A stretch of DNA of 64,000 nucleotides from Nanobdellota archaeon (GTDB taxonomy: Archaea; Nanobdellota; Nanobdellia; Pacearchaeales; GW2011-AR1), in the NCBI GenBank assembly GCA_018830525.1, contig JAHJSH010000029.1, forward strand, positions 105,697-169,696, in the 5' to 3' direction. Positions 29,385 to 38,247 of the stretch are shown here, piece after piece. Positions within the stretch are counted from its first letter, which is position 1. Every line of letters begins with the position of its first letter. Under the pieces are notes generated by a model that saw only the letters and a list, made by a program, of their open reading frames with translations, searched no databases and was not told where the DNA came from. Position numbers and translations under genes: made by a program.

Positions 29385-30092
29385 ATGGAAACCATCGAAA
29401 AAACACAAGAAAAAATTTCTGTTGTTAGTGATATCAATGTTAGTTTAGCTAATGCGATTCGAAGAAGTGTTAATGAGATCCCAGTTTTAGCGATTGATGA
29501 AGCAGATGTTTACAAGAATGATTCTGCACTCTATGATGAAATTATTGTCCATAGATTGGGGCTTATTCCATTGAAGAATCAAAAGATGAAGGTGGGGCAA
29601 GATATAGAGATGAAGTTTAAGGTTAAAGGAAAAGGGGAGAGAACAGAAGTTCTTTCTGGTGAGCTCGGAGATCAGGCAGTTTATCAAGATATGCCAATTG
29701 TTATTTTGAGCGAAGGTCAAGAAATTGAAATTGTTGCTCGAGCAAGGGCCGGACTTGGAATTAATCATGCGAAGTTTTCTCCGGGAATTCTTTTTTACAA
29801 ACATTTACCAAAGATTAAAATTTCGGGGGAGAGCGAGAAGCAAAGTGAACTTGCAGAGATTTATCCAGAAGCATTTGAAATGTTTGGTGAAAAATTGAAA
29901 GTTAAGAATGCTGCGGAATTTGATTTGGAAACCGCGGACCTTAAAGATTATCCGGGTATCGAGGTAAGTTATGGTGATGATTTGGTTTTGACTGTAGAGT
30001 CATGGGGCCAGATGGATGCAAAGGATGTTTTTGTAGAGGCGTGTAAGGCTTTGAAAGGAAATCTTTCTGAAGTCTCTAAAGTATTAAAGTAA
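29385..30092 (+). CDS. rpoD: DNA-directed RNA polymerase subunit D (Rpo3)
   Basis: Conserved position after S11 and an alpha/Rpb3-like dimerisation fold. Confidence 0.8.
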   Translation: METIEKTQEKISVVSDINVSLANAIRRSVNEIPVLAIDEADVYKNDSALYDEIIVHRLGLIPLKNQKMKVGQDIEMKFKVKGKGERTEVLSGELGDQAVYQDMPIVILSEGQEIEIVARARAGLGINHAKFSPGILFYKHLPKIKISGESEKQSELAEIYPEAFEMFGEKLKVKNAAEFDLETADLKDYPGIEVSYGDDLVLTVESWGQMDAKDVFVEACKALKGNLSEVSKVLK

Positions 30093-30125
30093 TGTGGGAA
30101 ATGCCTTCGCTTTTTCCGTCACTAC

Positions 30126-30331
30126 GGGGAAATGCCGGAGCTGTTCGCGATTTACATTCGCGGATGATCAGAAACCAAGTTGGCGCGAAAGCGAATCGCT
30201 CAGTCAAACGCCGTTTTCCCGCCCAAATGGGGAAATGCCGGAGCTGTTCGCGATTTACATTCGCGGATGATCAGAAACCAAGTTGGCGCGAAAGCGAATC
30301 GCTCAGTCAAACGCCGTTTTCCCGCCCAAAT
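30126..30331 (+). repeat. Two exact tandem copies of a 103-bp unit, each starting with the first 16 nt of the downstream tRNA-Leu
   Basis: 30126-30228 and 30229-30331 are identical. The unit is GGGGAAATGCCGGAGC + TTCGCGATTTACATTCGCGG hairpin + GCGAAAGCGAATCGCTCAGTCAAAC. A further 10-nt copy sits at 30096-30105. Confidence 0.85.
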
Positions 30332-30414
30332 GGGGAAATGCCGGAGCGGTCAAACGGGATACGTTAAGGTCGTATTGGCTTATGCCTACGGGGGTTCGAA
30401 TCCTCCTTTCCCCA
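30332..30414 (+). tRNA. tRNA-Leu (anticodon loop UUAAGGU; AAG, or UAA if the loop is drawn differently)
   Basis: Acceptor GGGGAAA/UUUCCCC, GGUCAAA D-loop, a long variable arm and a T-arm with UUCGAAU loop. The anticodon assignment is uncertain. Confidence 0.7.
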
Positions 30415-30437
30415 TGGAGAGAAATAGAAATAAGAAA

Positions 30438-30851
30438 ATGGAAACAAAAGTAAACAAAACAAGAATAGGGAAGAGTGAACCTAAGGGTTCTCACCTTCTA
30501 ATTTCGAAAAGCAAAATTGAAAGAAGGATGAAGCACAAAATGGATGCTTCTTTAGTTGAAACTATAATCTTGTTGAAGAAGACGAATCCAGTTGTTGCTA
30601 AGGAACTTGCAAGACCGAAGCGAAGATGGCCTGCAGTTAATTTGAAGGATATTGATATGGTTAAGGGAGATGTTTTAGTTGCTGGAAAAGTTTTGAGTGC
30701 GGGAGAATTGAGCGGGGCGAAAAAGATTGTTGCTTGGGCCGTTTCTGCAAAAGCTTTGGAAAAAATTAAGGAAGCTAAAGGAACTTTTATCACAGTTCAA
30801 GAAGAGATGAAGAAAAATCCTCAATTAAATGGTTATGATATTTTACGATGA
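30438..30851 (+). CDS. rpl18e: 50S ribosomal protein L18e
   Basis: Its position between rpoD and rpl13 and its basic composition. The ATG at 30438 is chosen because upstream in-frame sequence overlaps the tRNA and repeats. Confidence 0.65.
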   Translation: METKVNKTRIGKSEPKGSHLLISKSKIERRMKHKMDASLVETIILLKKTNPVVAKELARPKRRWPAVNLKDIDMVKGDVLVAGKVLSAGELSGAKKIVAWAVSAKALEKIKEAKGTFITVQEEMKKNPQLNGYDILR

Positions 30852-31261
30852 GTAAATTAATTTACGACGGAAAAGGCGCAATTTTTGGTAGATTTGCGAG
30901 TGTCGTTGCTAAAGATTTGTTGAAAGGAAATTCTGTTGATTTGATTAATTGTGAAGAGATAATTATTTCGGGCGATAAGAGGTTATTTGCTAAGAAGATT
31001 TTAGCTAAACGAGCAATGGGTAGTGGAAGTTCAATGAAAGGACCTAAGTATATCCGGGTTGCTGATCGATTGGTTAAGAGAATGATTCGGGGGATGTTGC
31101 CAAGAGATAGAGCAAAGGGGCGGGAAGCGTTTAAGAGATTGAAGTGTTATGAAGGTAACGGTCCTTTGAAGGACGATGATTTGAAAGATATTAAAAGTTT
31201 TGCGCACAAGAAGCCTATGAAGTATTCGACAATTAAAGAAATCGTGGAGATATTGAAATGA
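30848..31261 (+). CDS. rpl13: 50S ribosomal protein L13 (uL13)
   Basis: Conserved uL13 sequence. Confidence 0.85.
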   Translation: MSKLIYDGKGAIFGRFASVVAKDLLKGNSVDLINCEEIIISGDKRLFAKKILAKRAMGSGSSMKGPKYIRVADRLVKRMIRGMLPRDRAKGREAFKRLKCYEGNGPLKDDDLKDIKSFAHKKPMKYSTIKEIVEILK

Positions 31262-31659
31262 ATAAAATAGTCGTTTCAGGAAAGAGGAAAACTGCGGTTG
31301 CTAAGGCGACGATTGAAGATGGTAAAGGAAATTTTACTTTTAATAAAAGACCATTGACAGTATTATCTGATTTACAACAGTTAGAGGTTAGTGAACCTTT
31401 GATTATTGCTAAAGATGTTCTGGGAGAATTGAAATTTGATATTTCTTTGAATGTTACGGGGGGTGGAATTGCTTGTCAGGTTGAGGCGGCCCGGTTGGCG
31501 ATTGCTAAGGCTGTTGTTCAATTTACTAAGAACGAAGATTTGCGGGCGGCGTTCTTGGCGTATGATAGAAATATGTTGATTGCAGATACTCGAAGAAAGG
31601 AAGCTTGTAAGCCAGGGGATTCTAAAGCTCGAGCAATGAGACAGACTTCATTTAGGTAG
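31258..31659 (+). CDS. rps9: 30S ribosomal protein S9 (uS9)
   Basis: Conserved uS9 with C-terminal ...RQTSFR-like tail. Confidence 0.85.
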   Translation: MNKIVVSGKRKTAVAKATIEDGKGNFTFNKRPLTVLSDLQQLEVSEPLIIAKDVLGELKFDISLNVTGGGIACQVEAARLAIAKAVVQFTKNEDLRAAFLAYDRNMLIADTRRKEACKPGDSKARAMRQTSFR

Positions 31660-31668
31660 AGATACTTT

Positions 31669-32025
31669 TTGGGAAATTGTGGTGGTGTTAATAATATGGC
31701 AGATGAGCGAGGAATTAGCGAAAGTGAATTAGAAAAAGAGATGAATGATGTTCTTAAAAGTTTTTTGAATAATGAAGATAAAAAAGGAATCTATAATGAT
31801 GGCAATCTTGAAGATTTAGAAAGATTTCTTCAATTAGAAATCCGGAGAGGAGCTGACCTTTATGCATATGAAAGGTTTATAGATTTAGGAAAAAAATATT
31901 TCCCTGAAGAAAATTGGTCTAAACAAGAGACCTTATTGAGTCAATTGAGGGAGGCTTATGGAAGTATAGATTCTATCGGAACTAAGTTTGCTAACATCAT
32001 CAAAAAAGCCAGAGAGATACAATAA
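31669..32025 (+). CDS. Hypothetical protein
   Basis: An ORF sitting where rpoN is normally found; no motif recognised. Confidence 0.3.
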   Translation: MGNCGGVNNMADERGISESELEKEMNDVLKSFLNNEDKKGIYNDGNLEDLERFLQLEIRRGADLYAYERFIDLGKKYFPEENWSKQETLLSQLREAYGSIDSIGTKFANIIKKAREIQ

Positions 32026-32027
32026 AA

Positions 32028-32561
32028 TTATTTCTTTCGAGGTCTCAAATAATCTTTTAACTTTCTTTGAACTGCGTAAAATATTTCTGGGCTGATGATT
32101 GCAGGGTGGTCGCCTTTGTGGATTCGACCGTCGAATTTTATTTCTCCAAGGTAAGTTCTATTTGTTAAAACTTTTTTTAATCCGTTGACAGAGAGTGAGA
32201 AATTTTTTGAGAGGGAATTAAGCGAGTAGTTTCTAGCGAGGAATGTTTTGAAGAGGGAGTGGACTCGAACGGCGTCTTTATTTGGAGTTAGGTTTCCGTT
32301 TACGACGTCATATCCTAGGGGGGGTCTTGTTTGGAGTCTTCCGATTGTTGCCATTTTTTGCATTCCAGATTTTTGTTTATCTCCAGAATGCTGGCCATAT
32401 TTCCTAAAGCTATCCAAAATCTTCCAATCAATTTGTTCGGCAACATAATCTTGGAAGTCATGGACTTTTTCTGGGGCGAATTTCGCGCAGATAGAACATA
32501 ACGGACTTCCAAAAAGGATCACTTCTTTTTTCTCTTGGTAGCCACATTTTTTGCATGCCAT
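32028..32561 (-). pseudogene. Serine-recombinase remnant: 'recombinase' domain fused to an N-terminal zinc ribbon, catalytic resolvase domain missing
   Basis: NRTYLGE...GDHPAIISPEIFYAVQ matches the large-serine-recombinase recombinase domain. There is no catalytic Ser domain. Confidence 0.45.
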
Positions 32562-32590
32562 ACTTTTGAGAAGGGGAGAGAATTTATAAA

Positions 32591-33046
32591 ATGTCTTGTA
32601 GTATATCGCTTATGGAAAGAAAGGGGAGTGCGCTTTTGATTATTGCGATTATCTTAGGGAGCCTAGCAGTTGTAGTAGTTGGAACAGGAGTTTATTTTTA
32701 TGAGGTTCATGTTTTTAAGGAAGTGCGGTTATGCCTCGGAGATCCTACAGATACAAATTTTTCTTGTTCGATGATTCAGGATTGTTTGGATAAGGTTGAA
32801 GAGTTACAGACGGAATATAATATAAGTGAACTTCCAAAGTTTGCTAGAGAGAAATTGGAAATGCTTTCAGATGAAGCAGTTTATTGTGAAGGAACTTGTA
32901 AGGTTAAAGAGGTTCGTGGGATAAATTTCCAGACTTATGAGCTTGAAGATTTGGAATCTTGTGATGCGGACGAGACAGAGGTCTTGATTGAGATTAAGGG
33001 AAAAGAGGGACTTCAGATTTGGGACTATATGAAAGGGATGGAATAA
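32591..33046 (+). CDS. Hypothetical secreted/membrane Cys-containing protein
   Basis: N-terminal TM/signal; no known motif. Confidence 0.35.
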   Translation: MSCSISLMERKGSALLIIAIILGSLAVVVVGTGVYFYEVHVFKEVRLCLGDPTDTNFSCSMIQDCLDKVEELQTEYNISELPKFAREKLEMLSDEAVYCEGTCKVKEVRGINFQTYELEDLESCDADETEVLIEIKGKEGLQIWDYMKGME

Positions 33047-33091
33047 TATACTTTGAATCACAATAAAAGTTAAAAGGAATTCTAGATAGTT

Positions 33092-33643
33092 TTGTTTATG
33101 GGGTTAACTCTTTATGTTGGTGCTGATGAAGCAGGACATGGTAGCCGAAAAAGTGATGAAATTATTGTCGCTGCATTTTCCCTCTATCATGGGGATGGGG
33201 GGAAGATTCACATCCCTGTTGGAAGAAATTCCAATTCGGCGAAGAACTATCTTGCTACGCAGGGGAAGGGATGGTTATTTACTCTGAATGGAAAATTTGC
33301 TCGAGAGAGTTTGACATTAGAAGTTCCGGGACTTATTGATTACTGGGTAAGGAAAAATGATTTGGCAAAAGATGATTTGAGAATCGCTTCGGCATTTGAT
33401 GGGGAGTTAAATTTAGGGAGACAAGAACAATTTAAGGAAGAAATGAGGAGAAGATATAATTTTTCTGAGGATATAGATATAAGGCATCATGCGAAGACCC
33501 AGCACATTGGGAAAAGGAAGGAAAAATCTTATGACTCTAAACTCGTCTGGGCCGCAGATTCTATAGCAAGTAATCTTTTTATGGAATCTCGTAAAAAAAT
33601 TAATCTTCGAGGCCATCAGCAATACGTTCCTGTGGAGAATTAG
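33092..33643 (+). CDS. Divergent RNase HII-like protein
   Basis: GADEAGHG...IVAAF and WAADSIASNLF resemble the RNase HII motifs GIDEAGRGP...VIAA and ADSKYP-VSAASI, but the protein is short. Confidence 0.4.
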   Translation: MFMGLTLYVGADEAGHGSRKSDEIIVAAFSLYHGDGGKIHIPVGRNSNSAKNYLATQGKGWLFTLNGKFARESLTLEVPGLIDYWVRKNDLAKDDLRIASAFDGELNLGRQEQFKEEMRRRYNFSEDIDIRHHAKTQHIGKRKEKSYDSKLVWAADSIASNLFMESRKKINLRGHQQYVPVEN

Positions 33644-34461
33644 TTTAGTGTATCTATGGGTGATTTTATTTTTTTGAGTTCTTCGGTTGATACGTGAGTA
33701 TAGATTTGTGTTGTTGAAAGGTCGGCGTGTCCTAAGAGTTCTTGAATTTTCCTGATGTCGACATTATCCTCCAGTAAATGAGTAGCGAAGGAGTGTCGGA
33801 GGGTGTGGCAATGGGCTTCATTTAGGCCGGCTCGTTTTGCTGCGAATGAAACAATCTTTTGGAGATTTCTTGTGGAAAGTTTTCCACTCTTTCCGGTAAA
33901 TAAAAATTCTTTGCCTTCCTGCTTCTTCGCTTGGGATTGAAGTTCTTCTAATAAAAATTCTGGGATGTTGAATATTCTGTCTTTGTTTCCTTTCGCTTGA
34001 CGGATGTGCCCTATTTTTTCTGGGAAATTAAAATCTACAATTTTTAAGTTGACCAGTTCAGAGACTCGGAACCCGCAAGCATACATTAACTTAACCATAA
34101 GTTTTGATTTTTCAGTTTTAATTACATCGAATAATTTTTTAACTTCGTCTTTTGAAAGAGTTATTGGAAGTCTCTGTTCTTTTTTTGGTCGTTTGATTTG
34201 GGCGGTTATATCTTTTTGAAGAATTGAGGAGTAAGCATACTTAATCGCGGCGAGAAAAAGAATTATAGAGGTCGCTGCCTTATCGGTTAAGTTATTTGCC
34301 ATAAACTGTTTTATGTCGTCGCTGTTTATTTCTTCAGGCAATTTATTTGCGGATTCTAAGAGTTTTTGGTTTGCATCCAGATAATTTCGGAGAGTATATT
34401 CAGAATTTTTTGAGATTTTTAATTCTGTTTCAAGTTTTTTTAGAAATTCTTCAGCATTCAT
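33640..34461 (-). CDS. Tyrosine recombinase (XerA/XerC-like integrase)
   Basis: HTLRHSFATHLLE...LLGHADLSTTQIYTHV catalytic box with the Tyr. Confidence 0.85.
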   Translation of the reverse strand: MNAEEFLKKLETELKISKNSEYTLRNYLDANQKLLESANKLPEEINSDDIKQFMANNLTDKAATSIILFLAAIKYAYSSILQKDITAQIKRPKKEQRLPITLSKDEVKKLFDVIKTEKSKLMVKLMYACGFRVSELVNLKIVDFNFPEKIGHIRQAKGNKDRIFNIPEFLLEELQSQAKKQEGKEFLFTGKSGKLSTRNLQKIVSFAAKRAGLNEAHCHTLRHSFATHLLEDNVDIRKIQELLGHADLSTTQIYTHVSTEELKKIKSPIDTLN

Positions 34462-34536
34462 TTTTCACCTCTAAGATTGTACGAACTTTGGGTTTAAATT
34501 ATTATTGCATAAGTTTTTATATTTTGATTTGGTATA

Positions 34537-34824
34537 ATGAGGGTGGAAGAAAAAGAGATGTTTAAAGCGGTTTGTTCCGACTGTGGGCAGGAATGTGAAA
34601 TTCCGTTTAAGCCGACAGAAGGACGTCCGGTTAAATGCAGAGACTGTTTCAGAAAGGGCCGGCCTCAGCGAGATAATTCTCGGGGCGGAGGAAATTTCAG
34701 ACGAGAGCGGAGAGATTTCGATGTGACTTGCGCCGAATGCGGAAAAGAAACAACAGTCCCTTTCAAACCGACACAAGGCAAGCCAGTTCTTTGCAGAGAT
34801 TGTTTTAAAAAACCACAAAATTGA
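34537..34824 (+). CDS. Tandem zinc-ribbon protein (zf-trcl-like CxxC-x17-CxxC x2) with RGG-rich linker
   Basis: Two repeats of C..CG.E..VPFKPT.G.PV.CRDCF.K. Confidence 0.55.
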   Translation: MRVEEKEMFKAVCSDCGQECEIPFKPTEGRPVKCRDCFRKGRPQRDNSRGGGNFRRERRDFDVTCAECGKETTVPFKPTQGKPVLCRDCFKKPQN

Positions 34825-35312
34825 TTTTCGTTTAACCGAATAACTATTATCTTTATTCATAGTAGGACTTTTTAGATATCTGAAATTATGGTGACAGCGA
34901 TGCTGATTTTATATTTTTTTGGAGTTTTATTCTATGATTTTTGAAGATTTGGGGTTCTCACTTACCTCTGACTGTTTTTTGTTAGATATTTTTATTGGTA
35001 TACTTGAGGTCTCACATTTCTTGGAAGGGGGTTGAATTTTTTATTTTTTCTAACTCTTCCACCGCGGGCGTACCCCTTCTTCGGAAGGGGCAACTTTTTC
35101 TGATCAAAAGTTCGAGTTTGCTAACTCTCACTTTTTCACTTGAAAATATGTGGGAATTAAAAAATTCAAATTTTAGAATTTTAGAAATAGAAAAGTGGCG
35201 ATTAAGCGTTTTAAGGTGCCAAGAATCGATTTTTTTGTTCAAAACGAGTAAGGAATCAGCTCAAATGCTTAAAATTCCTGGAAGGGGGCTTGAAATTTGC
35301 CGGAGAAATATT

Positions 35313-35798
35313 CTAATTTTGGAGTGAAGCTCTTTTATGAAAGTCAATTTTTTCATCAAGTGGCAAGTCAAATCCTTTTTCTTTGAGGATTTTAAAGATT
35401 TCTGGACGGAAGTTGAAATTATTGATCATCCGGTGATGGTTTGGGCAGAGTCCGATTAAGTTTTTTGGCGAGTTGTTCTGTTTGTTCTTGTCGATATGGT
35501 GGAGATCGACGATTTTGTCGAAGCCGCATATGACGCATTCTTTGGTTGTTTTTCGGTAGGTTTGGAGGTCAACGTTGTTCGATTTTCGGGCGTTGTAAGC
35601 CTTGTTTTTGTCTAGATGGAATAGGGAGTTGTAGCAGCCAGCGCAGAGGCCTTTTGCGTGAAGGGCCATTTCCCGTTTGCATCGCTTGCATTTTTGGATC
35701 TTAGGTTTCCAGTTGAGCTTTTTGTAACAGGGATAGCAAAGGCCCTTGGCATGATGTTCTTTTTCTTGAGAGCAGTTGCTGCATTTTTTTATCACCAT
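35313..35798 (-). CDS. HNH endonuclease with duplicated N-terminal zinc ribbons
   Basis: Two CxxC...HAKGLCxxCY modules, then CVICG...HHID...N...CPNHH. Confidence 0.6.
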   Translation of the reverse strand: MVIKKCSNCSQEKEHHAKGLCYPCYKKLNWKPKIQKCKRCKREMALHAKGLCAGCYNSLFHLDKNKAYNARKSNNVDLQTYRKTTKECVICGFDKIVDLHHIDKNKQNNSPKNLIGLCPNHHRMINNFNFRPEIFKILKEKGFDLPLDEKIDFHKRASLQN

Positions 35799-35888
35799 GT
35801 CCTAGAAAAAGCGTTCGCATATTAAAAACTTTGTGCAAACGGGCCATTTTCGTTCGTTTTGGCATGGAAGAACGTCATACAATCTATA

Positions 35889-36269
35889 TTATGCGAACTC
35901 GAGACTTTCTGGAGCCATTTTTCGGCGTGTATCATATCTTAGCGGGGTGGGAGAGTCTTTTTGTTCAGTCATATCGTAAGTAAAGAGCCAATGGCCGCCC
36001 TTGGTCACTGAAAAGGATCTTTCATAAGCCAAAGGATTTTCTCTGAATTTTCTTTCGATTTTCTTTAGTGTGGGAGAGCTTTTGGGCAAGGCATTTAGGG
36101 AAAAGCTTTCTATATCTGCAAATTCCACAAGGCCATCTAAATACTGGCTTAAAGCCAATGTGGCCCCTTCCCTTGTTTCTCCGGCCCCACATTCGTCATA
36201 TTTACTACAACGATTGGTGTATTTGCCCGATTGCTTGTCTTTGTAGAGAAAGGAAATAAATATCTTCAT
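35889..36269 (-). CDS. Hypothetical protein (weak HicB/UPF0150-like resemblance)
   Basis: ECGAGETREGATLAL...YLDGL resembles a HicB antitoxin core. No hicA partner was found. Confidence 0.3.
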   Translation of the reverse strand: MKIFISFLYKDKQSGKYTNRCSKYDECGAGETREGATLALSQYLDGLVEFADIESFSLNALPKSSPTLKKIERKFRENPLAYERSFSVTKGGHWLFTYDMTEQKDSPTPLRYDTRRKMAPESLEFA

Positions 36270-36497
36270 TTTTGATTAAAATTTCTGAAATTTTTAAGGA
36301 TTTATGTTGTCTAGGGCGTACCAAATTTCTGTCTCTGTGCCTGACGATTGTGCACTTTGGTTAACTTAGTGCATAATACACTTTATAAGTTATTTTGGTG
36401 GGAGGATTTTGTTAAAAATTTGACTGAAATTTGAGAAAAAAATAAGGTGCCCAAGGGTTGCTTGGACAGATAAAAAATTGATAAAAATTATTTGTTT

Positions 36498-36701
36498 TTA
36501 CTTCTTGAAAACTGCAAGGATTACGCTGATGATTGCACCGACTACTACGACCCAACCAGCAATTTGAACAATGATTCCACTGGCTATGTCACTTATCCCT
36601 GGGATCGTTAGAACTTTATTAATCATCCCAGACCCAACAGCTAGTGCTACGATCACACCGACGACCCACGCAAAGATTCCTACAATTGTATTATCTGCCA
36701 T
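36498..36701 (-). CDS. Small membrane protein (2 TM)
   Basis: Hydrophobic 67-aa ORF. Confidence 0.3.
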   Translation of the reverse strand: MADNTIVGIFAWVVGVIVALAVGSGMINKVLTIPGISDIASGIIVQIAGWVVVVGAIISVILAVFKK

Positions 36702-36711
36702 GTTTACCTCC

Positions 36712-37002
36712 TTATCTTTTTTTTCTCCGTGCCGTGAAATGGAAAAATACCATTGCCAACACGAATGAAATTATGATTGTAAGGAGGAAAGAATCGGTTA
36801 AAGTTGTTGTATACCCAAAGTATTCTGTGACCGAATTTAGGCTTGAAACTTTGTCTGGATTTAGACTACAAAGAGTCCATTTATATATCGGGGGATAGAG
36901 TGCTGCAGACTTCCGGCAAGGGACAATTGGAATGATTATTGAGGCTACCAAAACTGCCGCAGAAACTAACGCGGAGTATATCAACCTTCTTTTAAATATC
37001 AT
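36712..37002 (-). CDS. Small membrane protein
   Basis: Hydrophobic 96-aa ORF. Confidence 0.3.
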   Translation of the reverse strand: MIFKRRLIYSALVSAAVLVASIIIPIVPCRKSAALYPPIYKWTLCSLNPDKVSSLNSVTEYFGYTTTLTDSFLLTIIISFVLAMVFFHFTARRKKR

Positions 37003-37169
37003 ATTTTTGTTAAGATTTTGAAGTTTATAATTGTTTTGGAAGCAAAAATCTCATAAATTTAGGGGGTTGTTTGGACAGATTCAAACACTTAGGGGTGTTA
37101 AAACATTCTTTTTTGGTGTTTGGACAGCCGTTTAAGTGTTTTTTCACTCCACGAAGATAGTTTAAATAG

Positions 37170-37185
37170 TTTATCGACGATAAAA
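37170..37185. repeat. 16-bp inverted repeat TTTATCGACGATAAAA, left arm (partner at 38329-38344)
   Basis: Exact reverse complement of 38329-38344; the pair flanks a 1.16-kb segment. Confidence 0.8.
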
Positions 37186-37189
37186 GTTA

Positions 37190-37945
37190 GTGTTTATGAA
37201 TTGGACAGCCAAGTTATTTTGGTTGTTTTGGGGGTTATTTCAGTTAGTTTGGTGTTTGGGTGATTGTTTTTTGGTGTTTGTTGTCCAAACACCGCGAAAC
37301 ATTTATAAAGAAAGCTGTTTAGAAGTTAGTAAGATGTTTGGTTTATTTGGTCATAAAAAGAGAATCGAAAAGTTAAGAACTGAAGTCCAGGATTCTTTTA
37401 ATCATGTGAAGAAAGACTTTAATAAAGTTGGTGAATGGATTAAACATCTCGACGATAAACATTCATCTCATGAGGGGGAAATTTCTAGTATCAAAAATCA
37501 ACTTATGACTATCCATGAGGACCTTATGGAGCTAAAAGATTTCGTTTCTTTCTTTGGTCCACAGATTTCTAAGGGGCTGTCCAAACAAACACAAACGAGC
37601 GTGGTAAAACAACCATTGAGGGGGGCTGTCCAAACACTTGTCCAAACGGGTGTCCAAACAGACGTTTTAGAGAATTTAACAGTAATGGAACGGGCAATTG
37701 TGTGGGCATTATTAAACTCTGAGATGAGATTAAGTTATGAAGATCTTGCTGCCCTATTAGGTAAAGATAAGAGTACTATAAGGGGCCAAATTAACGCGAT
37801 TAAACAGAAGAGTGAAGGTTTAATTGAAGAGTCTAGAGAGGTAAATGGTAAGAAAAGGCTCTATATTCCTGATGAAATCCGTACAATGGTGGTCAAAGGC
37901 GTAAAAGTGAAAATAAAGGGATCAAATAAAGGTCAAAAAGAGTGA
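37190..37945 (+). CDS. Coiled-coil + C-terminal winged-helix DNA-binding protein (paralog of 38471-39106)
   Basis: N-terminal hydrophobic segment, coiled coil, VQT low-complexity linker, then a wHTH (LTVMERAIVWALL...STIRGQINAIKQK). Confidence 0.5.
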   Translation: MFMNWTAKLFWLFWGLFQLVWCLGDCFLVFVVQTPRNIYKESCLEVSKMFGLFGHKKRIEKLRTEVQDSFNHVKKDFNKVGEWIKHLDDKHSSHEGEISSIKNQLMTIHEDLMELKDFVSFFGPQISKGLSKQTQTSVVKQPLRGAVQTLVQTGVQTDVLENLTVMERAIVWALLNSEMRLSYEDLAALLGKDKSTIRGQINAIKQKSEGLIEESREVNGKKRLYIPDEIRTMVVKGVKVKIKGSNKGQKE

Positions 37946-38247
37946 AAACGTGAAAAGTGAGAGTTAGGGAGGTAAATTTGGCTTAAAAATTGGTAGTTTT
38001 TTAAGTAAACGAAGTGAAAAAGTGAGGTCTTTTTGGCATATATCCTATTCACTGGAAAAGTGAGATGCGGAGGATATCTGGCTTTAAGTGAAAAGGTGAG
38101 GTTTGGAAGATAAATGAGCCAAATTTTGCGAAAAAATGACATGCCCAAATAGGAAAGATTTGGGGTTATGGGGAGAGAGTTAAGAGTTAATTTTTAGTTT
38201 GGATGTTCGCGACATACTTGAAATGTTCAGGGCAAAAGTGAGGAATT
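37942..38247 (+). repeat. Iteron array: six direct copies of (GTG)AAAAGTGAG
   Basis: Copies at 37942, 37950, 38014, 38055, 38088 and 38234. An inverted copy CTCACTTTTTCAC lies at 35126-35138. Confidence 0.75.

Larger units (their letters stand above)
36461..37660. repeat. Iteron array: at least 10 copies of TGTTTGGACA / TGTCCAAACA in both orientations
   Basis: Copies are at 36461, 37067, 37116, 37197, 37251(degenerate), 37281(inverted), 37578, 37628, 37639 and 37651. The last four lie inside the coding sequence, where they encode (A/L/G)VQT repeats. Confidence 0.75.

Noticed and set aside
33640-34461. Calling the tyrosine recombinase definitively as a viral or plasmid integrase
   Set aside because: Its size and motifs equally fit the chromosomal XerA dif-resolvase. 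It is annotated generically, and the mobile-element context is flagged only as a hypothesis.
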